Notes under the pieces: generated by a model | What the model was told of the DNA's origin: nothing | The model's database searches: none | What the model saw: only the letters and a program-made list of their open reading frames with translations | Program-made: the position numbers and the translations under genes | In this document: positions 41,365-54,430 of the stretch, piece after piece | How the letters are laid out: every line of letters starts with the position of its first letter | Numbering within the stretch: position 1 is the first letter of the stretch | Source: Eledone cirrhosa | Taxonomy: Eukaryota | Assembly (NCBI GenBank): GCA_964016885.1 | Contig: OZ024742.1 | Coordinates: forward strand, 68,944,001-69,008,000 | Reading direction: 5' to 3' | DNA: 64,000 nt

Positions 41365-44300
41365 GTTTCTTTATTGGCCACAAGGGCTGACACGAAGAAA
41401 AACATTAGAGATGGCACAGAACAGTACATGACGATACAAAGTGGGTTTTGGTCGTGTAAACAGGTTATAACAAAATCGGGCTAGAAATCCTAAAAAATTC
41501 AAACAACAAAAATTTCCCAAGAAGGGGGAAACCTCCGAGGGTCACTCGTGGTGAAAACCACACAAAAGACCACGGCCACCCTGACCACCAGGGAAAGCGC
41601 CCTCTCTCCCTTTCCCCACTCCTCAGTCTACAGGCGTATACTCAGAGCGAGCCCGGTCACTCGGACCAGACTCGCTACTTTCACCCACCTTTCAACAAAC
41701 TTACTAGAAGACAGCACTTGCCTCTCCACCCTGATTTTCCTCTTCAAGTGAAACTTGAAAAAGTTAATCAGGGATTGGCCGGAGAGGAAAGTGTCCGTCT
41801 TCAACCTTTCAATCTTGTCCACCACACAATCTCTTTCGCCATGGCCACCAGGCAATGAAACTGCCAGCCCTTCCTCCTTTTTAAAGGAGGATGGCGGGGC
41901 TATCAGCACAATGGACTCAGTCGATAACCGGTTCCGTCCTACACGCGACAGCAGCTGTTCTACAAAGTTCCACAAGTCAGCAATTCTCGGGCACGGAACG
42001 AGTGCGTGCAGGACGGTTTCGTCGCTTTGCGCGCATCTCGGACAGGCTCGGCTGACAGCACCTCCGTGCATGTAGAGCTTATCCTGAACCGGCTACGCTC
42101 CCCGGTAGCACTGCCAGGCCAGGGATTTCTGGAAGTTGTCCATAGGCCCCGGTCTGAAAGTTCTCCGGAAGAGAGCAAACAGCTGATCTTCTTCGACGCC
42201 CAGGATCTCTCCGAGAACGTCGTCTTGTTCCCCTCCACTAGTCCTCTATACAACGCCGAGGTGGATGTTCTACCGATACTAGTGCCCAGCCGGTAGAGGG
42301 CGGTGAGCGCTTGGAGACATTCTAGCTTCCAAGCGCCATCTCTCGGTCTTTTCCTGATCCAGGACTGCAGCTCCGTCAAGGAGACGAGCTGTGGGAAAAC
42401 GTGATTGGCGAACGGCGACCACACCTGTTCACCGTCAAGGAAGCACCAGAGATGTCGCAGCCTCAGCGCATGTGTGCGCATCATCAGCCACGGCATGCCT
42501 AGTCCTCCACGCAACGGGTGTTGACAGCAAATGGATCGTCTGACCATATGGGAGAACGTCCCTTCCACAAAAAGTGGAAGAGAAGGCGCTCCATTTTGGT
42601 CAGAGTTTGGCGGGGGAAAAGTACGACGGTCAGGCGGTAGCAGATGACGGAGGTGATATACCCATTCACCACCTCCTCCCGACCTTTCAGAGACAGCCTC
42701 CACTCGGCCCATTTCTGAGTGACAGAGGCCACCCTGCTCGTCACCTCGCTCCAGTTTTCTCCATCTGGAGGTCCGAACCGAACCAGACCCCGATAAATTT
42801 AACGGGTCCTTACGTCCAGCGCCCCACGACGCTGTCAGACGGCATGGACTTACCTCTCTAGGTGCCGAGATGCAAGCCCACCGACCTTTCCTGGTTTATC
42901 CTTGCTCCTGTCCCGCTTCGTATTCCTTGAGAGCGGTGCCGAGCACCTGGACGTGTTTGGTGCTCGACACCATCACGGTGACATCGTCGGCGTAAGCTGA
43001 CACGGATCTCCCGTATCCCAGTTCGCGTGGGACCCCCCCTCATCGTCTCCAATGTGTGCAGTAACGGCTCGAGGGCCAGTACGTACAAGAGGGACGAGAG
43101 GGGGTAGCTCTGGCGGACCGAGCGCATGATGCTGAAAGGCTGCGACAGGTGAACATTCACCCTCATAATCGAGCAGATGTCACTGTGCATCGCAGTGATT
43201 CAGCCCCTAAAAACGGGCCCGAAGCCGGCCACTTAGATGACCGTAGCCAGGGCCCCACCCGTGCCAGGTTCCTTAACTACCCTCTCTATGATGTATCGAA
43301 TGAGAGGGAGGTTGTCGTGTATGGATCTGGCCGGAATGGCGCATGTCTGCGCCTCTCCCACCAGATCACCGACGGCAAGCGCCAATCTCTTTTCTAAAAC
43401 CTTGACCAAAATCTTGAACTCTGCGTTTAGCATAACGCTCGTAGGGCAGACCATCCAAAACTAGCGATTTACTCCTCGTGCAGTCATACATCACTTCCGG
43501 TATTTCACCTGCTGTTATCGGCTTTTCGCAAACTTTGCTGTGGTCGTCGAGAGCCGCGGCAGTCCGTCGAGGTATTCACTGAAATCCGTACTCTGATCCG
43601 GCCCGCCTACGCTCCCGAAAAGCCGCACACATCTGCTCGGGTTCGAGCAACATGCGCCCGTTTTGATCAGGTAAAGGCTGAATTGTGGACTTGTTGCCAC
43701 GTCGCACCTCCACCACTCGGGCCCATTGAACGGCTCTCGTCCCGTCGTGTCTTAGAGCCCGCGCTCTAGCTCTGACAACGCAGCCTTCATGCTTTGCGTT
43801 GAAGAATTGGTCGAGTGCCAACCTCGCCGCAAGCACGTCGGTTGTGATGCCTGTCCTAACCGCCTCTTCTAGCTTTCTAACTAACTCTCTCTCTACTCTA
43901 TTTTCCTCTATTACTACTCCTTTGCTAAACCTTATCGATTCTACTCTAATAGTCCTTTTCAGGGTAAACCACCACCTGTTGTTGACGATCGTACCCGTCT
44001 AATTCGCTAATCCTGTCTCTGTAAGCTTTGCGCGCCGGGAACGACGCGTTCAGCTTCCAGTAACCGGGCCCTAGCCTATGGAGTCTATCTAAGTCAACTT
44101 CACAGATCACACATTTGTGGTCCGTTTAGTCGACTACTTTAAATTGTGGACAACCTACACTAGCCTTATCTGTTTCCCTACAGAATAACCTATCTAAATA
44201 CGATCTGGATGACCCGATGCGGTTTTCCCATGTCCACATTGGCACATTCGGATAATCCAGTCTATACCTGTCAGACAGTACAAAAGGTCTGAGCAGGTTG

Positions 44301-46861
44301 TTGAGGCTTTTACACCCTCCTGTCCTGTCTACTAGCCCCACATAATCCAAGCGTGCACTAAGATACCGTTCCAGTCGCCCACTAACACTAAAGAGCGGGA
44401 CGTTCCAAGAAAGGTCTCTAGACGTCTGAAGAAATCAGACCGTCCTGTCCCTGTTGGGGCGTAGACGGCTACTAGCGTAAAATCTTTTCCTTCGCTGCCG
44501 GCCACATCCAACACCACTGACGTACCTTCTAGGTCCAGGAAGATGACCCGTATGGCGAGATCCAAGCCTCTCCGAAAAAGCACAGCAACTCCTTCCCCCG
44601 ATCCTGGACGGCTGGGAGATGCGTATACATCGTAGCCGCCTCGGATCGGTGCTTCGGAGATTCTGGTCTCGCTGATGGCCACCACATCTATGTTTAGTGA
44701 CCTGAGGTTGTTCAGCAGGTGACCCTGCTTCCAGGATGACCCCAGGAGACGTACATTTATACTGCCTATTCTAAGTAAGGCCATGTTGGGTTAGGAATGG
44801 AGTAAGTGAGAAAGGATTACCTACCCTGATCGTGTGGGAAAGCGACAGTTCAACCGTCTCTTTGGCTGGTCATGGGTGTTTCCAAGATGATGTCGGTGTA
44901 TATCCGCTTGGTAACCGACCCTCTGACGTCTCCAACTGCGTTGGGGAATTTTTCTTTTAAAAGTTTATAATGTTCTATTTTGATTTCAACACTTTATATT
45001 TTTCGGGAGTTCTTGGTGTTGGTGGGGTGTAGTAATTTTTGTCTGTGATGTCTGTGTGTTGCTTTATATATTGTAAGAGTTCTTTATTTGCCATGTCTAT
45101 GGCTGTGTACTTTTTTGGGTGAGTGGTTATTTTGTTGCTGTTTTCTTGACGTTGCTGTTGGGCGTGAGTGCTTTGTTGTGTTTGAGATGTTGGTGTTTTT
45201 GGTGATGCTGGTGGTGGTGTGGTTGTTGTTGGTGGTGATGCTTGTAGTGGTGATGGTGATGGTGATGGTGGTGGTGTTGCTGCAAGTCTCCTTGCAGCCT
45301 TTACCCCTCTTTGTTTGCCTTCGCTTTTGGAGGGTGAAGTTAAGGGGTTTTTCCTTCTTTTGTTTTATGAGCTCCACTGCTGGTGGTGGTGGTAGTGGAG
45401 CCCTCTCCCGCGATTTTGCCGCCGGTGTAGCTACTGCGACTGTTGGTGTTGCCGCCACTGCTGCCGCTGCTTTAGTTGTCCGTGGCCTTGGTATGGGTGC
45501 CACGGAGTTGCCCTCCTACTCACCATGGAAGGGTCTTCTGCCTCTGTTGCCTGCCCTGCTCTTGGTAGCAGCCGATCAGGCATCGGAAGGAGGGGGCACT
45601 CTTCTTGGCTGTCTTCTGCGGGCAGAAGGCCCTGAGGTGACCCTTCTGCCCACAGAGATAGCACTTTGGGCGCCTTCCTTCCACGCTTATATGGAGTTGG
45701 GTGTCCTTCTTCGAGGTCTATCATATCTGGTATGGTCTCGATGAACCCCTCGTCAGTTTGTATTAGCATTTGCATGCCTATTCCTAACCAGTTCTCTCTT
45801 CCCATTCTCAGTATTTGCAGTATGGTGATCTTCTCCTTGATTCCAGCAAGTACAGACGCGGCCAGCCAAGGTATGGGCACGTCGGGCGAGACGTGGGACG
45901 GGATGTGGGACACTTTGACCCTCACAATTTTCTGCTCGCAGTAGAAGGGCACCAAGACTATCTCCTCACTCTTTAGGGTTTCCAAAGAGTGAGACTTCGC
46001 CTACTGTGACGTACTTTTTGCCTCGGGAGATGTGGGTTTTGCGCGCCCAGACGCACCCCAAGGCCTTTTGGATTTGAGCCTCCGTGGCTCTCTCCACCCA
46101 ATGTGACATTTTGCTTACGGTGCGGTAAGTTACCGTGCGCAGCTGCTGGTCTTTGAAGCAATCGGGTGGAGGTTTCAGGGAAACTCTATTGCCATTTCTT
46201 GTCACCATGGTCTTGCGACTGCCATCTCCTCCTCCGTGACTAACACTGTCTCTATATTTCGGGCCACACCTGCGAAAGAAGTGGCCCCTTTTTCAGCGGT
46301 ACAATTACTGCTGCCGCTACTGCTGCTACTGGTCTTGCTGTTGGTACTGTTGCTCTTATCACTGTTGTAGTTGGTTGTGTTTCTGGTGCCCCCGTTGTTG
46401 TTGTTTTCGGTGCAATTTGTATTGTTGCTGTTGGTGTTGTCGTTGTTTATTTTCTTGTTAGTGGTGTTAATATCGTTGTTGCATTTGTTGTGATTTTTTC
46501 TGTTGTCTGTATTTTGGTTGTCGCTGTTATTGTTGTAGTTGGTGTGGTAATATTTTTAAAATTAGTGTTCTCAGTGTTGCTGTCTTTGTCGCGTTGTTTG
46601 TGGTGGTGTTTTTTGTATCAATTTCTGTAACACTCCTCTCAACTTTTACGCCGTTGTCATACGACAGCGGTCATATTAAAAACATTTTTTAAAGTAAAAT
46701 GTTCAAATATTGGTTAAATATTTGGGCCAAAAGGCCCAAATATACTTTCCCCTTCACAGGGCAAAGTCCATTACACAACAAGAAAAATTAAACAACAAAT
46801 AATTATAACAGGTAAATAAAGCGACTTACTGAGAGCGAGCAAAAAGACGTCCGAACAGACC
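41365..46861 (-). mobile_element. L1/Tx1-clade LINE copy 2 (full length, disrupted)
   Basis: Same architecture, ORF2 44784-41628; both ends abut (TAA)n. Confidence 0.9.
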
Positions 46862-46880
46862 AATAATAATAATAATAATA

Positions 46881-49800
46881 GTTTCATTTATTGGCCACAA
46901 GGGCCGACATATAGGGGACAATACAAAAGCCAGGGACAGTGTGAGTTTACATATACAACGTGTAAACATTATAAATAACAATATAACAATAGAGATACAA
47001 GGAAAATTCCCCAATAGGGGGGATAACCACCCAGGATTCACTCAGGTACCCCACCAATCCTGAACCACCCGACGCTTCGCGAGCACCCTCCTCCTCAAAT
47101 TCACCCACTTACAGGCGTATCACCAGAGTAGGCCCACTCACACGGGCCATTTTCGCCACATTCACCCAGCTTTCAGCAAATGTCCTGGGGGTGGGGTGGG
47201 GGGGAAGCACTTCTCTCTCCACCCTCACCTTCCTTTCCAAGTAAAACTTGAAAAAGTGGATGAGGGATTGGCCGAAGAGAAAAGTGTCTGTCTTCAGTCC
47301 TTTCAACCTGATCCACCATACAACCTCTTTCGCTACTGCCACCAAACAGAGGAAAATACCTGCCCTTCCTGGCCAAAAGAAGGCGGCGGGTCGATCTTCA
47401 CTATGGACTCAGCCGATAGCCAGATCCGTTCTACACGCGACAACAGCTGTTCGACACAACTCCACAAGTCAGTAATGCACGGACACTGGACGAGTGCATG
47501 CAGAACGGTTTCGTCGCTCTGCGCGCATCTCAGGCAGGTCCGTCTGACAGCACTTCTGTGCCTGTAGAGTTTATTTTGAACCAGCAGTGGCCCACGGTAG
47601 CACTGCCAAGCGAGGGATTTTTAGAAATTATCCATCGTCCCCGGCTTGAAAGTCCTCCGGAAAAGACTGGTTAGTTCGACTTCGTCGACGACCAGAGTCT
47701 CTCCGAGTGCGCCGTCGCACTTCCCACCACTAATCCTCTATAGAACTCGAGAGTGGAAGTTCCACTGATCGCATTGCCCGCCTCGTATAGGGCAGTGAGT
47801 GCCTGGCAACATTCCAGATGCCAGTCACCCAGTCTCGGTCATTTCTTGACCCAGGACTGCAGCTCAGTCAAAGAGATGAGCTGCGGAAAGGCCTGTCTGA
47901 CAAACGGCGACCACACCTGTTCACCGTTGAGTCAGAATATCTGGAGATGCCGCAGCCTCAGCGCGTTCCTGCGCATCATTAGCCACGGCATACCCAGCCC
48001 TCCACGTAGAGGGTGCTGGCAGCAGATGGACCGCCTCACCAGCCGAACCTGACCCTTCCACAAGAATTTGAAGAGGAGCCGTTCCAACTTGGCGAGGCGC
48101 GAACGGGGGCAAGGGACGACGGTTAGGCGGTAGTAAATGACGGACGTGATGTACGCGTTCGCCACCTCCGCCCGACCTTTCAGTGATAGCTTCCTGGCAG
48201 CCCATTTCTGGGTGAGACTGGCTACACTGCCCGTCAGCTCGTCCAAATTCTTATCCACCTGGAGATCTGGCCCGAACCAAACCCCGAGCAACTTTACCGA
48301 TCCTTTCGTCCAGCGCCCAACGACGCTGTTGGACGGCATGGCCTTGCCTCTCCAGGTGCCGAGCTGCAAGCACACCAACTTTTCAGGGTTAAGTTTTGCT
48401 TCCGTCAACCTTTCATATTCTTCCAATAAGTTGCCGATCACCTCGATTTCCGAGGTGTCCGACACCATCACGGTGATGTCGTCAGCATAAGCCGACACAG
48501 CCTTTCCGTGACCCGGTTCGAGTGGGATGTCCTGCAACTGCTCCAGCTTCCGCAGTAAAGGCCCGAGAGTCAACACGTACAGAGGGAGGAGAGAGGGCAC
48601 GCTTGACGGAACGATCGGGAGATATGAAACGGTTCCGAGAGGTGGCCATTAACTTTGACCACCGAACAGATGCCGCTGTGCATTGCAGTGATCCAGCTTC
48701 TAAAGACGGGGCCGAAGCCAACTGCCTTGAGAATAGCCTGCAGGTACCGATGGTCGACCCGATCGAATGCTTTCGATTGATCTAAATTGATCAAAGCCCC
48801 ACCGAAGCCAGCTTTATACCCTACCCTCTGTATGATGTATCGCATGAGGTGGGGGTTATCGTGTATGGACCTGGTCGGGATTGCGCAAGTTTCCTCCTCC
48901 CCATCCAAACCCTCGACAACAAGCGCCAACCTTTCTTTGGCCAAAATCTTAAACTCTGTGTTGAGCAGAGTTATGGACCTGAAATTATCTATATTGTCCC
49001 TCTTGTTCTCGTCTTTCGTTATCAGCGTCACTACGTCCCGACTCACAAACTGGGAATACCCCTGTTCTGCTGCCAGTTGTAGTAGAGCGCTTCGAGGAGA
49101 TCGGAGAACAAGTCTGGCATATTTACGTAAAGCTCGTAGAGCAGACCATCCAAACCGGGTGACTTGCGCCTCGTGCAGCCGACAAGGGCATCCTGAATTT
49201 AGGCTGAAATTATCGGCCTTTCGCAGCGCTCAGCTTCGGCCGTCGAGATTTTCGGCAAGCTATCGAGGTAGGGACTGAAGTCCGCCACCGTCTCTGACCC
49301 ACCACTTTCCCCGAACAACCGAGCAAAATGCTGGCGAAAGGCCTCACACATACGCCTGGAATCGCTCAGCTCGTGTCCGCCTCGGTCAGTCAAACACCGA
49401 ATTGTAGTTTTATTACCACGTTGCTCCTCGGCCACGCGGGCCCATCGAACAGCTTTGATACCCTCATTTCTCAGAGTACGCGCCTTGCTCTGATAATGCA
49501 ACCTTCGTGTTTCGCATTGAAGAAATGATCTAATGCCATTCTCACCGCTAACAGGTCAGTTGCAATGCCGTTACAAATAGCCTCGTCTAACTTAGCTATC
49601 AACTCCCCCTCCTTTCTATTTTTCCCTAACGCTACTTCTTTACTAAACTCTAATGATATTACTCTAATCTCTCTTTTGAAAGCCCCCCACCATCTGTTGT
49701 TGACGACCCCTTCCCCTGTCAACCTTTTGCTTAACTAAATTGTTGACCCGGTCCCTGTAAGACTTAAGTGCCGGAAACGACATGTTCAGCTTCCAGTAAC

Positions 49801-52555
49801 CAGGTCCTAACCTACGCATCTTATCTAGATCGACCATACAGATCACAAACTTGTGGTCTGAATAGGCGACCGTATGTAATTGTAGACACCCTATACTATC
49901 TTTTTCCACTAATCTAATTAGAAACCTATCTAAGTACGATCTAGATGTCCCTATAGGTTTTTTCCAGGTCCACACTGCATTAGGGAAATCTAGTCGGTAC
50001 CTGTCAGACAATTGGAACTAGCTGATCAGGTACTTGAGGCTTTTGCACCCCCGCTCCTATCGGATACTCCCACACAGTCCCAGCGTGCGTCTAAGATACC
50101 GTTCCAGTTCCCCGCTAACAGTAAAGGGCGAGGCGTATCCAGAAAGGCTTCTAGGCGTCTAAAGAAATCCGGTCATCGTGCCCTGGTAGACGGCTACGAG
50201 TCTAAAGGCACCACCTTCGCTATTGTTCGCATCCAGGACCACCAACTCACCATCCAGGTCCCGGAAGATGGAGCTTACCTCGAGATCCAGGCCTTTCCTA
50301 AACAGCACTGCCACCCCACATTCCCGGCCGACTAACAGATGCGAAGATCTGATAGTCGTCGAAAATGGAGTCTAGTGCGCGCGTGTCAGAAATCCTGGTC
50401 TCGCTGACGGTAATTACATCCATTTCTAGAGACCTGAGGTCGTTGAGCAGGTGACCCTGCTCCCAGGACGATCCAAGGCCTCGAACATTTAAACTTCTTA
50501 CTCTTAATATGGCCATGTTGGCAGGCTAAAAGAGAGAGGAAAGGTTTACTTACCTCCCGGGCTCTTGTGAAGGTCGGGTGGTTCGACCTCCATAGTTGGT
50601 GGGGTTTCTTTTGGGAACGCCTTTAAAAGCCTACTTGAGACTTTTACACAGAGTGTTCCCACGTCGTTGGGGAAGCTCTCCCTAATTGTTTTATAATTGC
50701 TTGATGGCATTCGCACCAGCAAAAGTGTTTGTGGCACCTTGAAGGTGCAGGTGCTAAACGCCTCCCCCTCTTTCTCTATTTCCTTGTTTCGTGTTATGAG
50801 GTTCAGTAGTTTTGTGTTCGATTTACTCACTAACACGAAATTAGGTGTTGTTGTGGTTGTGAGTTGTTGCTGTGTGTGTTTTATTTTAGTTGTTTGTGTT
50901 AGTGGTAGTGTTGTTGGTGGAGATGATGCTTGTGTTGACGGTTGTGTTGTTGCGGGGGTGGGTGTTGTAGTATGTGTGTCTGTGTTTGGTGCAAATGTTT
51001 GCTGTTTGTGTTGTAGGATTCATGGAAGAAGTGTCATGGGAGTAGTGAATTCACAAGCGGTCCCCCAAAAACCCGCATGTATATCCCGAACGAGGAGAAA
51101 AAAACTAAACAAAAAAAAAACCCCCTGTTTGCCGTAGACTATCCACAGACGCAGGGACAGAAACGACCCGAAGCCGCCAGTTGCCGAAACAGACACCTCT
51201 TGGATTTTCACCAGAGCTCCTTTTGCCGGGTTGCGGCCCTAATACCGCTGGGTGCCAGACCAATCCGTATTGGGTGGCCCTACCAGGAACCGAAGTTCCC
51301 GACGGCATAGCTCTGACACTACCCGTTGCCACCGCCCTGCCACGTTGAGGAGGGGTTGGACTTTAGAGCGTGGACCTGGAGGATATGGAGTCCTTCGTTT
51401 ACCTGGGCTCAACAGTGGTTCCAACGGGACAGGGCGCAGCCGAGGTCAAACGTCGCATAGGTGCTGCCAGATCCGCTTTTGGGCGCCTCCAGCGGTGTCT
51501 GTCGGACAGAAGAGAGATCACCTCGGCGACCAAAGGGCGAATCTACCAGGCCGTCGTTCGCACTATCCTCCTCTATGGCTGTGAAACATGGCCTATGAGG
51601 GTAGTCGATCAACGAGGACTGGAGGTCTTCGACAATGACTGTCTTCGCCGCATTCTTCGCTGCCGACGCGTTGATCGGATACCTACCGCCAGTCTTCGTC
51701 TTCGCCTGAATCTTTGACCCCTTCCTTCTGTGCTTCTCCAACGGCGCTAGAGTTGGTTTGGTCACGCAGCCCGGTTCCCTGAGGGTGAGCTGATCCGCTA
51801 TGTTCTCCTCCCACCTCCACTCCCTAACTGGCACAAGCGCGTTGGCGGGCAGCTGAAGACCTGGACAACGACGATGATGGAGGACCTCTCCGAACTCTCA
51901 GGTCCGCAGGTGTCGGCCTGCGCCGTGGAACCGTGACTGGCTCGCTATCTCCAATGACCTAGCCCCGGACCGTCGAGCGTTGGCTGCCATGGTTCGGGAT
52001 GCCGCCAGGACAAGGGAAGAAGCCGGCTCAACCCGTCCAGGGTGAATGTCGACACAGGTACAAGTAAGTAAGTTTGTGTTGGTGTGTGAGATTTCTTCTT
52101 GTGTTTTCTTTTTTGTTTTTTTTTTGGTTTGGTGTTGCTCCTCATCTTCGCTCAGTAATGAAGAGGTTTCTGTGTTTGTGTCAGATGTAAGTGGGAGTCT
52201 GTGTATGGGTGTGTGTGTTTCAATCTGTGTTTGTGTGTGTGTTCGAGTGGGGGTGGGTGGAGCTTCTTTGAGTGGCCCCTGGGTGGTCTTGGTGGTCTTT
52301 GCAGTTGTTGGTTCTGGTGGTGTTGCTGCTGCAGAATTTGTTGTTGGTGTTGTTGTTTCGTGATGAGGCCCCGGCATCGGCAGCAGCGGAGACTTTTGAC
52401 CCCTTGCACTTTTCATTAGCTGAGGGAAGAAGGGTCACAAGGCAAAGTCCAAGGGTTTATGTCCCTTACACGACAACAACAATTTACAATAAATGATTTA
52501 TGACAGGTCAATAAAGAGACTTACGGGAGCTAGCAAAAAGAGGTCTGATCAGACC

Positions 52556-52556
<1 letters not shown>
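46881..52556 (-). mobile_element. L1/Tx1-clade LINE copy 3 (diverged, ORF1 partly deleted, nested RTE)
   Basis: ORF2 50516-47109 with YADD; 5' end resembles that of copy 2; both ends abut (TAA)n. Confidence 0.9.
51014..52072 (+). mobile_element. Internally deleted RTE-clade LINE nested in Tx1 copy 3
   Basis: FVYLGS..EVKRRIGAARSAF..IYQAVVRTILLYGCETW..LEVFDNDCLRRIL, (AAGT)n tail, 9-bp TSD TTTGTGTTG at 51005-51013 and 52073-52081. Confidence 0.85.
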
Positions 52557-52604
<48 letters not shown>

Positions 52605-52607
<3 letters not shown>

Positions 52608-54430
52608 GGATGGATAGACTACAGAAAGGCATTTGACATGGTGCCTCATTCTTGGATCACCAAAAGCCTGGAGATCTTCAGGGTGGCAGATAACATCAGA
52701 CAGTTGCTGGGCAGGAGTATGGGGTCCTGGGAGACAGAGTTGACATCAACTGGAGTATCCTTGGGAAGCGTGAAGATCAAGAGAGGTATCTTCCAGGGAG
52801 ATAGCCTGTCCCCTCTGTTGTTTGTCCTTGCCCTGGTGCCCTTGACCATCATGCTGCGAAAAGTGAGAGCAGGATACAAGTTGGGAAGGGGAGAGCTTAC
52901 CATCAATCACCTCCTCTTCATGGACGATCTTAAGCTCTTCGGGAAAAGTGAGAAGGAGTTGGATGTGCTTGTTGACACTGTCCGTATTTTCAGCAGTGAT
53001 ATATGTATGCAGTTTGGTATTGGTAAATGTGGAGTCATTGTGATGAGGAGGGGTAGGTTGAGCAGAAGTAACGGGATCCAGATACCAACAGGTGAGATGA
53101 TAAAGGAAATTGACTCTGAGGAAGGATACAAGTATTTGGGCGTTCTGGAGGCTGATGGCATAAAGAACAAAAAATGAAGGAATTGTTAAGAACTGAATAC
53201 ATTCGGAGAGTAAGGAGCGTATTGAAGTCACATCTGAACAGCAGAAATGCCATAAGCGCAGTAAATTCCCGAGCTGTGTCTATTATTAGGTACAGTGCGG
53301 GAATTCTGAGATGGAATGTTGCTGAACAAAAAGAAATGGATAGGAAGACTAGGAAGCTATTGACTATCTACAACATGTTCCACAAGAGGAGTGATGTCGA
53401 TAGACTCTACCTAAGGAGATCTGAGGGTGGAAGAGGTCTTATCAGCATAGAGGACTGTGTTCAGATGGAGAAAAACAACCTATACAAATACGTGACCTAT
53501 AGTAAGGAGCCAATGCTCAGAGCTGTACTGAAGGAGGGGACAGTAGGCCAGGGGATGTCCAAGGAGGAAATAACATCAAGGAGGAAGAGCAGCCTTAAGG
53601 GAAAATCCCTTCATAGTACCTTCTTTGAGAAAACTGAATTTAGAGATCCACAGACATGGAACTGGTTGAGAAGAGGAGACCTCAAAAAGGCTACAGAAGG
53701 AATGCTAATGGCTGCGCAGGAGCAGGCCCTCAAAACGAAGTGGTTGAAGCACCATATTTACAAGGAGGAGGCTAGCCCACTGTGCAGGATCTGTGGAGAG
53801 AGAGAGGAGACTGTGGCTCACATTGTGTCCGAGTGTAAACACCTAGCCCAGACCCACTATAAGGGCTGGAGACACGATGTGATGGGCAGGGTGATCCACT
53901 GGCACCTGTGCAAAGTAAACAATTTACCACATTCTGAGAAATGGTATGAGCATAGGCCAGAGGCGGTGATGGAGAACAATCAGGTGAAGGTGCTGTGGGA
54001 TTTTAGGATACAGACGGACAAAAAACTGGAACACAATAGACCTGACCTGGTGGTTGTGGACAAAGAAAAAAGATCGTGTCTGATTGTGGATGTGGCCTGC
54101 CCGTTCGACACGAGAGTGCAAGAGAAGGAGAGGGAGAAAATTAACCGATACCAGGACCTAAAGTGGGAGGTGAAAAGGATTTGGAACTGCCATGAAGTCA
54201 AAGTGATCCCGATTGTCATAGGCGCACTGGGGACTATCTCCAAAAGTTTCCAGGGATGGTTAAAGAAAATCGGCCCCTTCACGCTTTTTGGAACGCTTCA
54301 AAAGGCATGCTTGCTTGGAACAGCAAGAACCCTCCGATACGTCCTGAATATCTGAGGCTGCAGGTAGTGGCTTGATATTCAATCCAACGGACTTTCCAGT
54401 TAACCAACATCAATGACTGAGATTCAAGGA
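52605..54430 (+). mobile_element. 5'-truncated Dong/R4-type (RLE) LINE in (TAA)n
   Basis: WIDYRKAFD, GIFQGDSLSP, FMDDLK, CRICGEREETVAHIVSEC, RHD, NRPD..DVACP..EK..Y..L. One frameshift near 53175; (TAA)n on both sides. Confidence 0.92.

Noticed and set aside
51055-51195. HDV-like pairings in the nested RTE 5' region
   Set aside because: L3 would be 18 nt and no P1.1 is present; too weak.
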